Position numbers and translations under genes: made by a program
From: Candidatus Saccharimonadota bacterium
GTDB taxonomy: Bacteria > Patescibacteriota > Saccharimonadia > Saccharimonadales > Saccharimonadaceae
Length of the DNA: 64,000 bases
Assembly (NCBI GenBank): GCA_963926585.1
Contig: CAWUXT010000001.1
Coordinates: forward strand, 121,102 to 185,101
Reading direction: 5' to 3'
In this document: one piece after another, positions 1 to 9,724 of the stretch
Layout of the letters: each line of letters begins with the position of its first letter
Position numbering within the stretch: the stretch's first letter is position 1
The notes under the pieces: generated by a model
The model's database searches: none
What the model was told of the DNA's origin: nothing
The model's input: only the letters and a program-made list of their open reading frames with translations

Positions 1-684
1 GTGGTCATGTTGCGTGACTTCTACGGCCCATTCCACGCCAAGATTAAGGATAGTGACCAAATCGATCGTAGCGCCGTGGCGGGGCAGCGGCTGGTCGGCA
101 TTGACCCTAAGGATGAGCAGCCCATCTACGCTCGCCTGGGTCGATACGGCGCCATGTTACAAAAGGGTGACAGCAACCAGCCCGACGCCAAGGTGACATT
201 CGCCAATATGCCCGCCGGCGCCACCGTTGACACCGTCACTATAGATCAGGCCCTACAGATGTTCAGCCTGCCCAGAGTAGTTGGTCAGACGGCTGATGAC
301 CAGGAAATCACCGCCAACATTGGACGTTTCGGTCCATACATCAAGGTTGGCAAGCTATTTGTCAGCATTAGGCCGGAATCACCCTTTGAGATAACCGAGG
401 CCAGGGCGCGCGAACTATACCAGGCCAAACTAGACGCCGAAGCTGCCAAACACATCGCCCAGTGGGGCGATATCCAGGTGCTAAATGGGCGTTACGGTCC
501 ATACATTACCGACGGCACTAAGAACGTCAAGATACCAAAGGATGTCGAGCCTAAGTCCATTACCGAGGAGCAGGCCAAGGAGATCCTGGCCAAGGCACCC
601 ACCAAGCCCACCCGCCGCCGCACCGCCACTAAGCGAACCACCCGGAGCAAGTCCGCCACTAAGAAAACCACAGCTAAGAAATAG
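1..684 (+). CDS. topA: DNA topoisomerase I, C-terminal part (gene starts before window)
   Basis: Repeated GRYG/GRFGPY Toprim C-terminal repeat motifs and a Lys/Arg/Thr-rich tail. Confidence 0.9.
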   Translation: MVMLRDFYGPFHAKIKDSDQIDRSAVAGQRLVGIDPKDEQPIYARLGRYGAMLQKGDSNQPDAKVTFANMPAGATVDTVTIDQALQMFSLPRVVGQTADDQEITANIGRFGPYIKVGKLFVSIRPESPFEITEARARELYQAKLDAEAAKHIAQWGDIQVLNGRYGPYITDGTKNVKIPKDVEPKSITEEQAKEILAKAPTKPTRRRTATKRTTRSKSATKKTTAKK

Positions 685-819
685 CCAGCCCAACAAGACG
701 CCACGGAGGCAAACCCAGCAGCATAAGCCACATCTGTGCTATCATTATTGGCAGTAGTTTGCGACTATTGCACCTGAGAGGAGGATTGCGCGTTAACCAA
801 CCGGAACCATGACAGAAAG

Positions 820-1431
820 GTGGCATTCATGCTGCACCATGACGAGGTTCACGTTTACCCAATCATCGACACCCGCACTAACAAGTTGATCACCGCCATC
901 GTCGGCTACGAGACTGAGCACGACTTTACCGCTAACTTTGATGATGTAGCGGCGCAAGTGGCGGGTCGCACTGTGAACGAAACTAGTCCAACCAGCACAG
1001 ACCCCTTCACCGAGGTCATACAGGTGACCCACGACGAGGACCTGGCCGACCTGATCCTGTTCATCCTGGAGACGCTCAGCGACAGCGACGCCTCGCCATC
1101 CATGCACGCTAAGGTGAAGAATGACGTCATTTGGTTCAGCTGCAGCTACAGCTACGCTGATCCGGACATCATTGAGGACATTGACGACTTCGAGGATGCC
1201 ATCTATGATGGCGAGGTTGGGGTAGACTCCATCAACGAGTTCAGCTGGTTGCCCGTTGTTGACATGTCGGTCTATCTAAACTTTGCTTTGGACAGCGCCA
1301 ACACCCACAATGTTGACAGCATCCTTGTCACCCACGGCATCGCCGTCATCACGGACAACAGCATCAGCTCGACATCCGATCCGACGCTAACACTTCTGTT
1401 GGAGTCGGCCGTCGCCCATGAGTACATGTAG
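820..1431 (+). CDS. Acidic hypothetical protein (orphan)
   Basis: 203-aa ORF with SD-like AGAAAGG upstream and a terminator downstream; no family recognised. Confidence 0.7.
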   Translation: MAFMLHHDEVHVYPIIDTRTNKLITAIVGYETEHDFTANFDDVAAQVAGRTVNETSPTSTDPFTEVIQVTHDEDLADLILFILETLSDSDASPSMHAKVKNDVIWFSCSYSYADPDIIEDIDDFEDAIYDGEVGVDSINEFSWLPVVDMSVYLNFALDSANTHNVDSILVTHGIAVITDNSISSTSDPTLTLLLESAVAHEYM

Positions 1432-1494
1432 CTGAACCAGTCAAACGGACACCCTGCCCACATGGCATCCGTTGGCACAATCCTTCACTTCACA

Positions 1495-1526
1495 GCCCCG
1501 CAGGCTTTCACCTGCGGGGCATTTTC
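1495..1526 (+). terminator. Intrinsic terminator
   Basis: GCCCCGCAGG-ctttca-CCTGCGGGGC followed by ATTTT. Confidence 0.75.
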
Positions 1527-1581
1527 ATTAGTACACCCGCGTTAGCCATGCACACAGAATAGGACGGAACGTATTGGCCAA

Positions 1582-1866
1582 TTACCAGCTAGTATCGATA
1601 TCCATATCGGCGCCACCTCCGGTTGAGCGACTGGCGCGATTCACACTATCCACATTCAGCCAATCGCTGTCCGGTCGAGTAATTAACCGGCTATTCTTAT
1701 ACGCCATATCTAATGTCAGCACAGTTTCACCCTGATACCCATTACCGCTTTCATATCGACTAACCACCAGCGCCAAGTCAACCTTATCGTCGTCCATTAA
1801 GGCCAGCGGCAGCAACCAACACCAGCATTCCGCAAACGGTTCCCCAGCGTCGCCATTTGCCTCCAC
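1582..1866 (-). CDS. Hypothetical protein
   Basis: 94-aa ORF filling a gap with no competing gene; no motifs. Confidence 0.4.
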   Translation of the reverse strand: MEANGDAGEPFAECWCWLLPLALMDDDKVDLALVVSRYESGNGYQGETVLTLDMAYKNSRLITRPDSDWLNVDSVNRASRSTGGGADMDIDTSW

Positions 1867-2185
1867 CCACCAGCATCAGCCGGTATTCCATTTACTATTT
1901 TGGCTATAACTTTAGCAAGTTCCGATCTAGTCTCTTCGTCCATAATTCAGCCCCTCTCACCAATAGCTTGGCCTGTGTCTAATCTGTGTCCAGTATATCA
2001 TAAGCATTAACGTCATCCTAAGTTACAGAATGCTGATTTTATATCGTACAATATTTACGCTAGTGCTTAAACTACTAGATACTTTTCTTGCGCGTAAATA
2101 AAGTTTGTCGTATAATAAGGTCATTGATTTACAAACAAGCATACAAAACAATAGCATTATTTTTAGATGTGGAAAGGAGTAGCAA

Positions 2186-3241
2186 GTGGTCGACGCGCCT
2201 AGCCCCAGGGCAGAGTTAGAGGATGCAGTTCAATCCATTATGTCAACCATTGACAACAACCGCGAGGCCGACATCATCACTCGACGCTACGGGCTAAACG
2301 GCGAGCGCGAGACTCTGGAACAGGTGGGAGAGACCCTTAGTATTACTCGCGAACGAGTACGCCAAATCGAAAAGGCCACTCTAATCCGCATCCGCCTTAG
2401 TCTTGACGACGGCAAGAACCCATTGTTTAACACGGCCGAGATGGAGCTAGTCAAGACGCTACACGAAATGGGGCGAGCCGCTCGCATCGACGACTTAACC
2501 CGTCGTGTGATGGGCGACGTCGCCGGTCAGAGTCGCGCCATTGTCACTATCCTAACCGAGCTAAGTAGCAAGATGCTACTGACGACCGAGAATGACAAGT
2601 ACTACGCCGCCGTTGTATTGACCAGCGAGCGTGACGACCGAGCCATTAAGAACAAGGTCGACAGCATTGTCAAGATGTTGCGCAGCCACGGTCAGCCCGT
2701 TACATTAGACGAATTGTATCGGCTGGTTGGCGGCGATTTCGAGCATCCCAGCGAGGTAGGGGCTATCGCCAGCATCAGTAAGCAGATCACCAGCCTGCGG
2801 GGTATGTGGGGTCTGGCCAAATGGCCGTCCGTTAATCCGCGCAACATTCGCGACAAAATTTACGTGGTACTAAAGGACAATGGTCAGCCAATGCATTTCA
2901 GCGATATTGCCCGCGAGGTTAAATCGCAGAACTTTCACCGCAACAACGTTACCGAGCAGGCGATTCACAATGAACTAATTAAGGACGACCGCTTCGTCCT
3001 GATCGGTCGCGGCATCTATGCCCTGGCTGAGAACGGCTACAAGAAAGGCTCTATTACTGATGTCATCACTGAGCTACTGGAACAGAACGGGCCGATGTAC
3101 CGTGACGACATCGTCCGGGAGGTGTTAAAGAAGCGCCAGGTGCGCGAAACTACCATTCTGTTAAACCTACAGAGCAAGCCGCAGTTCAAGCGCGTAGCTA
3201 AGAATCAGTACGACCTAGCTAAGCCCGTAGCGACAGAGTAG
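2186..3241 (+). CDS. HTH protein with sigma70 region-4-like N-terminus and HARE-HTH (RNAP delta-like) C-terminal domains, typical of CPR
   Basis: RYGLNGERETLEQVGETLSITRERVRQIEK (sigma r4 HTH); PMHFSDIA...IHNELIKDDRFVLIGRGIYAL; GGAAAGGAG SD. Confidence 0.8.
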   Translation: MVDAPSPRAELEDAVQSIMSTIDNNREADIITRRYGLNGERETLEQVGETLSITRERVRQIEKATLIRIRLSLDDGKNPLFNTAEMELVKTLHEMGRAARIDDLTRRVMGDVAGQSRAIVTILTELSSKMLLTTENDKYYAAVVLTSERDDRAIKNKVDSIVKMLRSHGQPVTLDELYRLVGGDFEHPSEVGAIASISKQITSLRGMWGLAKWPSVNPRNIRDKIYVVLKDNGQPMHFSDIAREVKSQNFHRNNVTEQAIHNELIKDDRFVLIGRGIYALAENGYKKGSITDVITELLEQNGPMYRDDIVREVLKKRQVRETTILLNLQSKPQFKRVAKNQYDLAKPVATE

Positions 3242-3282
3242 CCCCTTGTCGCCACTACTGTTAGTATGTTAAAATAACCGCA

Positions 3283-6200
3283 ATGATTAACTGGCTCTTT
3301 CAGTTCTTTACGCAGTGGTATATCTGGCTACCAATGGTGGCCATTTTGGGGTTTTTAACCTGGCGCAACTACCGTTCAGCCAAGGTGGCGGACGACATTT
3401 ATGACTACGTCCTACTAGCCCTGGAAATCCCGCGCGACAACGATAAGAAGGAGCTATCCGCCGAGCAGCTATTCGCCTCGCTGCACGGCATTCTGCGTGA
3501 CAAACAGGAGCTGAAGATGTCCGGTGGCGCCCAGGAGCATCTATCGTTTGAAATTGCCAGCGTCGGCGGCCAGATTCGCTTTTATGTTCGCGTACCCAAG
3601 CATTTACAGAACTTTGTCGAGGGCCAGATTTACGCCCAGTATCCATCAGTACAGATTCACGAGGCTACTAGCGACTACGCCGCCAATATCGGCAGCCATC
3701 CGGTGACCGCTGTTGATGAACTAGTTTTAACGGATAATGAGTATTTCCCGATTAAAACATTCCAGACCTTCGACGTCGACCCCCTGGCCGGTATTACCGC
3801 CGCCCTGACTAAGCTGGACAGTAGCGACGAGGAAATCTGGGTTCAGATTCTGGTGCGACCGATTCCGGATAGCTGGCAGCAGGATAGCGCCAAATTCATC
3901 GCCCGGTACAAGGAAGGCTTCGGCACGATGACCAAGTCCAGCGCCTGGATATACTTCCTGCAGGCCCTGCAGGCACTGTGGCAACCGCCTGAGGGTGGCA
4001 CCACCACGACCGGCAAGGAGATGAGCGACCGCGACAAACTGCGTGTTGCCGAGGCAGAGAAGAAGTCACAGAAGTTGGGCTACAAGGTCCGCATTCGCCT
4101 GGCCTATCTGGGTAGCGACCAGAATTCGGCCCGCATCCAGATGAATGCCGTCGCCAGTGCCTTCAAGCAGTTCAATTCAACCAGCCTGAACGGCTTTAAG
4201 CTGGCCGCCAAGCCCAGCTATAACCGCGATGACCTAGCCGCCTATACCAAGCGTTCCTTCCCGGACGGCACCGGCTTTATCCTTAACATCGAGGAGCTGG
4301 CCAGCGTCTTTCACTTGCCGCACATGAACGTGGAAACACCTAACGTTGTCTGGGCCAGCTCTAAAACGGCCGAGCCGCCGACGAATCTGCCTATCTTAAC
4401 CGGCGATCCTAATCACGACCGCCAGATTAGCGCCTTTGGCCTAACCAATTTCCGCGGCATGCAAAAGCAGTTCGGCATCTACCGCCGTGACCGCAGCCGC
4501 CATGTCTACATCATTGGTCAGACCGGCACCGGTAAGTCCGGCCTATTGGAGCTACTGGCCCTATCCGACATTTACCATAATCAGGGGTACGCCATTATCG
4601 ACCCGCACGGCGACTTTGCCATTGATAACCTAAAATTCATTCCGCCTAATCGGATTAAGGACGTCGTTTACTTTAACCCGGCCGATACCGAATACCCACT
4701 GGGCTTTAACCCAATGGAGGTTTACGACCCGTCCCAGCGTAACAACATTAGCTCGGAAATTATTGGCGTGCTTAAACGAATGTTTGGCGAGAGCTGGGGA
4801 CCCCGCCTGGAATACATCCTGCGCTATACTATCCTAGCCCTGTTGGAGTATCCGGACACTACCATGCTGGACATTACTCGCATGCTTACCAATAAGGAGT
4901 TCCGTAACCAGGTGCTAGCCAAGGTGACAGATACGGTCGTCCTGCAGTTCTGGCGCGTGGAGTTTGCCAACTGGAACGACAAGTATATGAACGAGGCCAT
5001 CGCTCCGGTGCTGAACAAGGTTGGCGCCTTCGTTGCCAATCCAACCATTCGCAATATTATTGGCCAACCCAAATCTAGCTTTAATATCCGTCAGATTATG
5101 GACGAGGGCAAAATCCTAATCGTCAACCTGTCCAAGGGCTTGATCGGCGAGGACAACGCCGCCATCCTAGGCTCGTTCCTGGTGACTAAGATTCAGTTAG
5201 CTGCCATGAGCCGGTCGGATATACCCAATGTCGAGGACCGTCGACCATTCTATCTGTATGTTGACGAGTTCCAGAACTTTGCCACCGATTCATTCGCCGT
5301 CATTCTGTCCGAGGCACGCAAGTATGGCCTGAATCTGACCGTGGCCAATCAGTACATTTCCCAGATGAGCGATACTGTTCGCGACGCCGTCTTTGGCAAT
5401 GTTGGCACGATGATGTCCATGCGCGTCAGCCCCGAGGATGCACCAGTCCTGGCCCAGCAGTTTGCACCACAATTTGAAGCCCAGGATATTCTACAGATGA
5501 ACAATCGCCATTTCGTCTGTACCATGATGATTAACGGTGAAAAGATGCCGGCCTTTAGTGGTACAACCCTGCGACTGCCGACCGCCGGTCAGGACTACTT
5601 AAACGAGATTATAGCCAACACTCGCACTAATTACGCCCGACCAAAGGCCGAGGTGGAGGCAGAAATTGCCACCGCTATTGAAGTACCGATGCAATTACAG
5701 TCTAAAACCGCGCGCGACAAGGCTAAGAAAGCCGCCAAGGAAGCTGAGCGGAGCAGTGATAACAGCAACGCAGCTAAGTTATCCCCGTCGGGTATCGCCG
5801 GTCCACAGAAGTTAGGCAACTTAATGGCACAAATCCAGCAGATTAGGGCAGCCGCCGAGGCAGGTGACCCCAGCAGTATGCAGATTGCTGGCAATAGGTC
5901 CAAACCAGTCGATAGCAATCCGGCACCTAGCAACAGCACGATGGCCACTGCGACCAACACAAATAATCCAATTGGTCAAAATACACCGATTGCCAACAAC
6001 GCCAAAGCAATTGGCAACATTGATGACATCGACGATAATGATGAGCTACCACCGTTGCCGCCATTACCAGAGGCACCCATCGCCCAGCCACAGCCCATAC
6101 CCGCCGAGCCCGAGGGACTAAAAATTGAACATGATTCCGCCAATAATATCAGCAGTGTCAGCGATGCTAATAACTCTAATGACACCAATCAGACTGAGAA

Positions 6201-6369
6201 CAATGGTGGCGCTAACACGGCCAAGCCTAAGAGGCGTCGCCACTCACGTGGTAATCGGAACAAGGCTGCCAACAACAAACCCGCCAGCAATAACGGGCAG
6301 GGGCAGGGGACTGCAGTCAGTCAGGCCAAGGTTACTACCGACATGGTCGGGGAGATCCGCCTACACTAA
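3283..6369 (+). CDS. VirD4/TraD/HerA-like coupling ATPase (type IV secretion system DNA-binding domain protein) with low-complexity C-terminus
   Basis: Walker A GQTGTGKS, IIDPHGD, Walker B LYVDEFQNF, LSEARKYGLNLTVANQY; N-terminal TM segment. Confidence 0.85.
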   Translation: MINWLFQFFTQWYIWLPMVAILGFLTWRNYRSAKVADDIYDYVLLALEIPRDNDKKELSAEQLFASLHGILRDKQELKMSGGAQEHLSFEIASVGGQIRFYVRVPKHLQNFVEGQIYAQYPSVQIHEATSDYAANIGSHPVTAVDELVLTDNEYFPIKTFQTFDVDPLAGITAALTKLDSSDEEIWVQILVRPIPDSWQQDSAKFIARYKEGFGTMTKSSAWIYFLQALQALWQPPEGGTTTTGKEMSDRDKLRVAEAEKKSQKLGYKVRIRLAYLGSDQNSARIQMNAVASAFKQFNSTSLNGFKLAAKPSYNRDDLAAYTKRSFPDGTGFILNIEELASVFHLPHMNVETPNVVWASSKTAEPPTNLPILTGDPNHDRQISAFGLTNFRGMQKQFGIYRRDRSRHVYIIGQTGTGKSGLLELLALSDIYHNQGYAIIDPHGDFAIDNLKFIPPNRIKDVVYFNPADTEYPLGFNPMEVYDPSQRNNISSEIIGVLKRMFGESWGPRLEYILRYTILALLEYPDTTMLDITRMLTNKEFRNQVLAKVTDTVVLQFWRVEFANWNDKYMNEAIAPVLNKVGAFVANPTIRNIIGQPKSSFNIRQIMDEGKILIVNLSKGLIGEDNAAILGSFLVTKIQLAAMSRSDIPNVEDRRPFYLYVDEFQNFATDSFAVILSEARKYGLNLTVANQYISQMSDTVRDAVFGNVGTMMSMRVSPEDAPVLAQQFAPQFEAQDILQMNNRHFVCTMMINGEKMPAFSGTTLRLPTAGQDYLNEIIANTRTNYARPKAEVEAEIATAIEVPMQLQSKTARDKAKKAAKEAERSSDNSNAAKLSPSGIAGPQKLGNLMAQIQQIRAAAEAGDPSSMQIAGNRSKPVDSNPAPSNSTMATATNTNNPIGQNTPIANNAKAIGNIDDIDDNDELPPLPPLPEAPIAQPQPIPAEPEGLKIEHDSANNISSVSDANNSNDTNQTENNGGANTAKPKRRRHSRGNRNKAANNKPASNNGQGQGTAVSQAKVTTDMVGEIRLH

Positions 6370-6399
6370 TTTACTAATTGATAGAACGACGTTAGTTAC

Positions 6400-6429
6400 T
6401 TGACTTTACAGTGTCAGGCTAGCTATAAT
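6400..6429 (+). promoter_or_regulatory. Sigma70 promoter for structured leader and surface-protein gene
   Basis: TTGACT (6400-6405) - 18 nt - TATAAT (6424-6429). Confidence 0.75.
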
Positions 6430-6435
6430 GCTAAC

Positions 6436-6668
6436 GTCAGAGATATACAATTTGCCGGGTTATTTTTGTATAACCTGCCGGTCAACAACACGAAATTATT
6501 ATCTGTCCAAATGGTCGGATTATATGGGCGTTGCAGCCCCTTCGACGATTTGGATGAATAGTTCAGTCGTTGACCGGCAAAAGGAAATCTCTGACACCTG
6601 CTGCAACGTCCATCTTTTCGGAGTAGTTACAGCAAGGTGTCGGACCACTTCCACACCTTGTTTTTGTT
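6436..6668 (+). ncRNA. Putative structured leader RNA (rod plus loop-tail pseudoknot, then terminator hairpin)
   Basis: GTCAGAGAT/ATCTCTGAC, TGCCGGTCAAC/GTTGACCGGCA and TCCAAAT/ATTTGGA nested stems; loop 6524-6537 complementary to 6600-6613; CAAGGTGT/ACACCTTG-TTTTT at 6633-6665. Confidence 0.6.
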
Positions 6669-6727
6669 ATCCCGCTGGATATGGATACTGCACAGGTTAG
6701 TTAAACTAAACCATAAGCGAGGTATCC

Positions 6728-9577
6728 ATGGGTGGTATAAAGAACAAGCTAGATAAACTAAGTAATAAGACATTATTCAAGGTCCCCCTTTGGCTAAAGG
6801 GGGATGTCAGACGTAAGTCTGACAGGGGGATCGTCTCAGACACTAATCCATTAGGCTCTCAGCTACCATCGTTTTCTCAGCCATCCGAGATGCTGACTCG
6901 GAATATATCGAACACTCGTAAGTCTAATTGGTGGAGTCTTTATGCTTCGAAAACGATTGGTAGCCTACGCCTAGTAACATTAACTAAGTATTTATCCATT
7001 GCTTGTTTATCCCTAACTATCCTATCTACCTTAATCCTTAATATAGTTAGTTCTTATTCTTCATCTAAGATTGAATCTAATGCTATAGATAGTAATAGTG
7101 AAGTATCTACCTTAGCCAATGATTCCTCTTCCATCTCCCTATCTTTCTCTAATGCCACCGGTAGCTGCACTGATACCTCTAACCCTGCCAATGTCTGTAT
7201 GTCTATACCAGACAACGGGGGAATTGCTACCGGTGGACACACCGTAACAGTGAATACAGGTAGCGATATAGCTAACTACGAATTAAAGCTCAGTAGCAAA
7301 ACAGAAGAAACAGCCCTAGTTAATGAAGATGGAGGTAGCAATACTGCTACTACAATAAAACCTATCACTAGGACATATACCTCCATTCAGGATCTGGATG
7401 GATTTAAGAATGTCCTATTAAGCTATGCATCAGATAATACCTGGGCTTACTTTGTCATTGGTGGAGGATCTGGCTTTGGCTATGTAGCGCCAATGACATC
7501 GGTCAGTGAGCCCAAAACCATCATAGATAGCAATACCGGTAGTACTAATAATCGGGATATCTATTACGGCGCTAGAGTAGATAACCCAGCTACCATGCTA
7601 GCTGGCAACTATACTGCCCAAATAGTCTATACCGTTACAGCTACCCTCCATGAACCAACTATTGCTAGTATTAGTCCTACTACCTATGAGCTAGGTAGTA
7701 ATGAAGGACTAGATAGTACTAATAGACTACCAGTTACTATTACAGGTAACTACCTTAGCTCTACTAACAGAGTCTATCTAACCAATAGTAATACTACAGC
7801 CTCTAATGCAGGAACAGAGTACGGCTGTACCAATATCCAAGTAGCTAGTGATGGCAATAGTCTAACCTGCACATTACCAACAGATAAAACCAATTCAGAC
7901 TTAGAGGCAGGTGACTACAACCTAACTATCCTAGCAGATAATGGTACAGCAGTATTAGATGATGCCTTTACCTACACCAAAGCCAGCATCTGCCGCAACG
8001 CAGATCCAGAGAGTGATTGCCAGGTAGATATAGACGATAACATGATCCCGGTTACATATGTAGGCTATGATGGCAATGGTAGAGGTCATTGGGCAGTAGT
8101 CAGTGATGCAGATATCCAAAACAATCCAGGTAGCTGGTATAACTATAGATCAGGTCAATGGGCCAATGCAGTTACAGTCCAAAACCCTAGCAAGTACACC
8201 AGTGCTGCAACAGGAACGGAGGTAGATAACAACGATGTCTTAGGTTACTGGGTCTATATCCCACGCTATGCCTACGAAGTCCAACGCCGTGACGCCATAG
8301 ACAGAGTAGTGGATCCTCAGAACTTTGATATAGTCTTTCAAACAGCTGATGAGAAGAACACCCCAGCACCAACATGTAACTCAGCAGATAGTGTTTGGGT
8401 TGATGGTACGCCGGTGGAGGATGCAGGTTCCAGCAACTCCAATATATTATCTAAGGACTACCGGACTGGTTGTTGGCCCAACAACAGGACCTACGTGGCT
8501 AATAGTAGTAACACCACTTGGGCAACTAACCCTGCCTTCACCTGGGGTGATACCGAACTAAATGGTATCTGGGTAGGCAAATTTGAAACAACGGGTACTA
8601 GGACCGCCCCAACAGTTAAGCCAAATCAGCATGCCAATATTTGGGAATACATTGGTGAATTCTATAGTGCAGCCAGAAGTATTGGCTACCCAGACCCCAA
8701 TAACGTTGGCGGTGGTGCTAGAACAGACGATACGACTAGTGGCCTAACGCAAAATAGCCACCACCTATCCAAAGCTACCAGTCATATGCTCAAGAACAGT
8801 GAATGGGGTGCCATAACCTACCTAGCCCACAGCAAGTATGGCGCAGGGATAAATACGGATCTATATCGCGAGTCAAACGTTCAACGTAATTCAGCTTACC
8901 CAAGTAGTTCTGCAGACGCCGACGGAACTAGCTCACAGTATGGTATAACAGGCTGTGGTCCAGCTAAGGCCAATGAGACATCTTCACCTAGTACTTACCC
9001 TGACGGCACACCTCTAAGTGCTGACGTCATCGAATCGCCAACTGCTTGCTCTCAGGATCTAACTAGAGCTTACAATGGTAGTCTAGGTGTCTTATCTAGT
9101 ACAACAAATACCATCTACGGTGTCTATGACCTATCTGGTGGCACAAGTGAGTATGTCATGGGTAACAAGACAACCAGTGATACCCAATCAGGCGGTTCAA
9201 CTAGTTACATGAAGACTCCAGCTCAACCACCGTATGTAGATCTGTATAAATCCTCTAGCGGTTTTGGCACCGAACCTAGCTGGTCCAGTGGTTCATCGGA
9301 ATCTCTATACAACTATGATGTCTGTACCTTTGAAACTTGCGGTGGCACTGCCACTTACGAGACTACTACTGTCCAGTCTGTCTCCAGTGACCTTCAGTCC
9401 TGGGGCGGGGCGTACTCGGGCTTCATGCAGTCCAGGTATCCGTGGTTCAGCCGTGGGAGCTCTTCTAGCGATAGTAGCGCGAGTCCGTTCTACACGTTCA
9501 GCAGCGGCGGTAGCTTCTACCCCCACTACGGTTCGCGCGCGGCGTTGCTGGCGCTTCCCGCGCAGAATAGTCAATAA
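6728..9577 (+). CDS. Large surface protein: TM/signal, WxL-like and IPT/TIG domains, C-terminal C-type-lectin/FGE-like domain; probable DGR target
   Basis: Hydrophobic N-terminal segment; PTIASISP..VTITG (TIG); WVYIPRYAY, NGIWVGKFE, SEWGAITYL, YGVYDLSGG, PWFSRG...YGSRAALL. Confidence 0.8.
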   Translation: MGGIKNKLDKLSNKTLFKVPLWLKGDVRRKSDRGIVSDTNPLGSQLPSFSQPSEMLTRNISNTRKSNWWSLYASKTIGSLRLVTLTKYLSIACLSLTILSTLILNIVSSYSSSKIESNAIDSNSEVSTLANDSSSISLSFSNATGSCTDTSNPANVCMSIPDNGGIATGGHTVTVNTGSDIANYELKLSSKTEETALVNEDGGSNTATTIKPITRTYTSIQDLDGFKNVLLSYASDNTWAYFVIGGGSGFGYVAPMTSVSEPKTIIDSNTGSTNNRDIYYGARVDNPATMLAGNYTAQIVYTVTATLHEPTIASISPTTYELGSNEGLDSTNRLPVTITGNYLSSTNRVYLTNSNTTASNAGTEYGCTNIQVASDGNSLTCTLPTDKTNSDLEAGDYNLTILADNGTAVLDDAFTYTKASICRNADPESDCQVDIDDNMIPVTYVGYDGNGRGHWAVVSDADIQNNPGSWYNYRSGQWANAVTVQNPSKYTSAATGTEVDNNDVLGYWVYIPRYAYEVQRRDAIDRVVDPQNFDIVFQTADEKNTPAPTCNSADSVWVDGTPVEDAGSSNSNILSKDYRTGCWPNNRTYVANSSNTTWATNPAFTWGDTELNGIWVGKFETTGTRTAPTVKPNQHANIWEYIGEFYSAARSIGYPDPNNVGGGARTDDTTSGLTQNSHHLSKATSHMLKNSEWGAITYLAHSKYGAGINTDLYRESNVQRNSAYPSSSADADGTSSQYGITGCGPAKANETSSPSTYPDGTPLSADVIESPTACSQDLTRAYNGSLGVLSSTTNTIYGVYDLSGGTSEYVMGNKTTSDTQSGGSTSYMKTPAQPPYVDLYKSSSGFGTEPSWSSGSSESLYNYDVCTFETCGGTATYETTTVQSVSSDLQSWGGAYSGFMQSRYPWFSRGSSSSDSSASPFYTFSSGGSFYPHYGSRAALLALPAQNSQ
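6783..6830. repeat. Double-hairpin REP-like element inside the 5' coding region
   Basis: TCCCCCTTT-ggct-AAAGGGGGA directly followed by TGTCAGAC-gtaa-GTCTGACA-GGGGGA. Confidence 0.6.
9335..9571 (+). other. Putative DGR variable region with IMH-like GC tract
   Basis: 79 consecutive codons with no third-position A; NNC/NNT variable-type codons between A-free invariant codons; CGCGCGCGGCG at 9534-9544. Confidence 0.7.
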
Positions 9578-9724
9578 TAACCCTCGCAGTTCAGACTGGA
9601 AAGAATAAAACTGCTGCCTAAGCCCACAACGCCTAGCCACCTTGACATCATAGCCATGAATGTTATGATATAACATGCTTTATCGGTATTGGTTAGCAAC
9701 CAATCGCACATGAAATGAGGTAAC

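Noticed and set aside
9372-9600. 9-nt inverted repeat TCCAGTCTG/CAGACTGGA flanking the VR, and weak hairpins after the stop
   Set aside because: Too short to separate from chance; no convincing DGR cruciform with a long stem and tetraloop.
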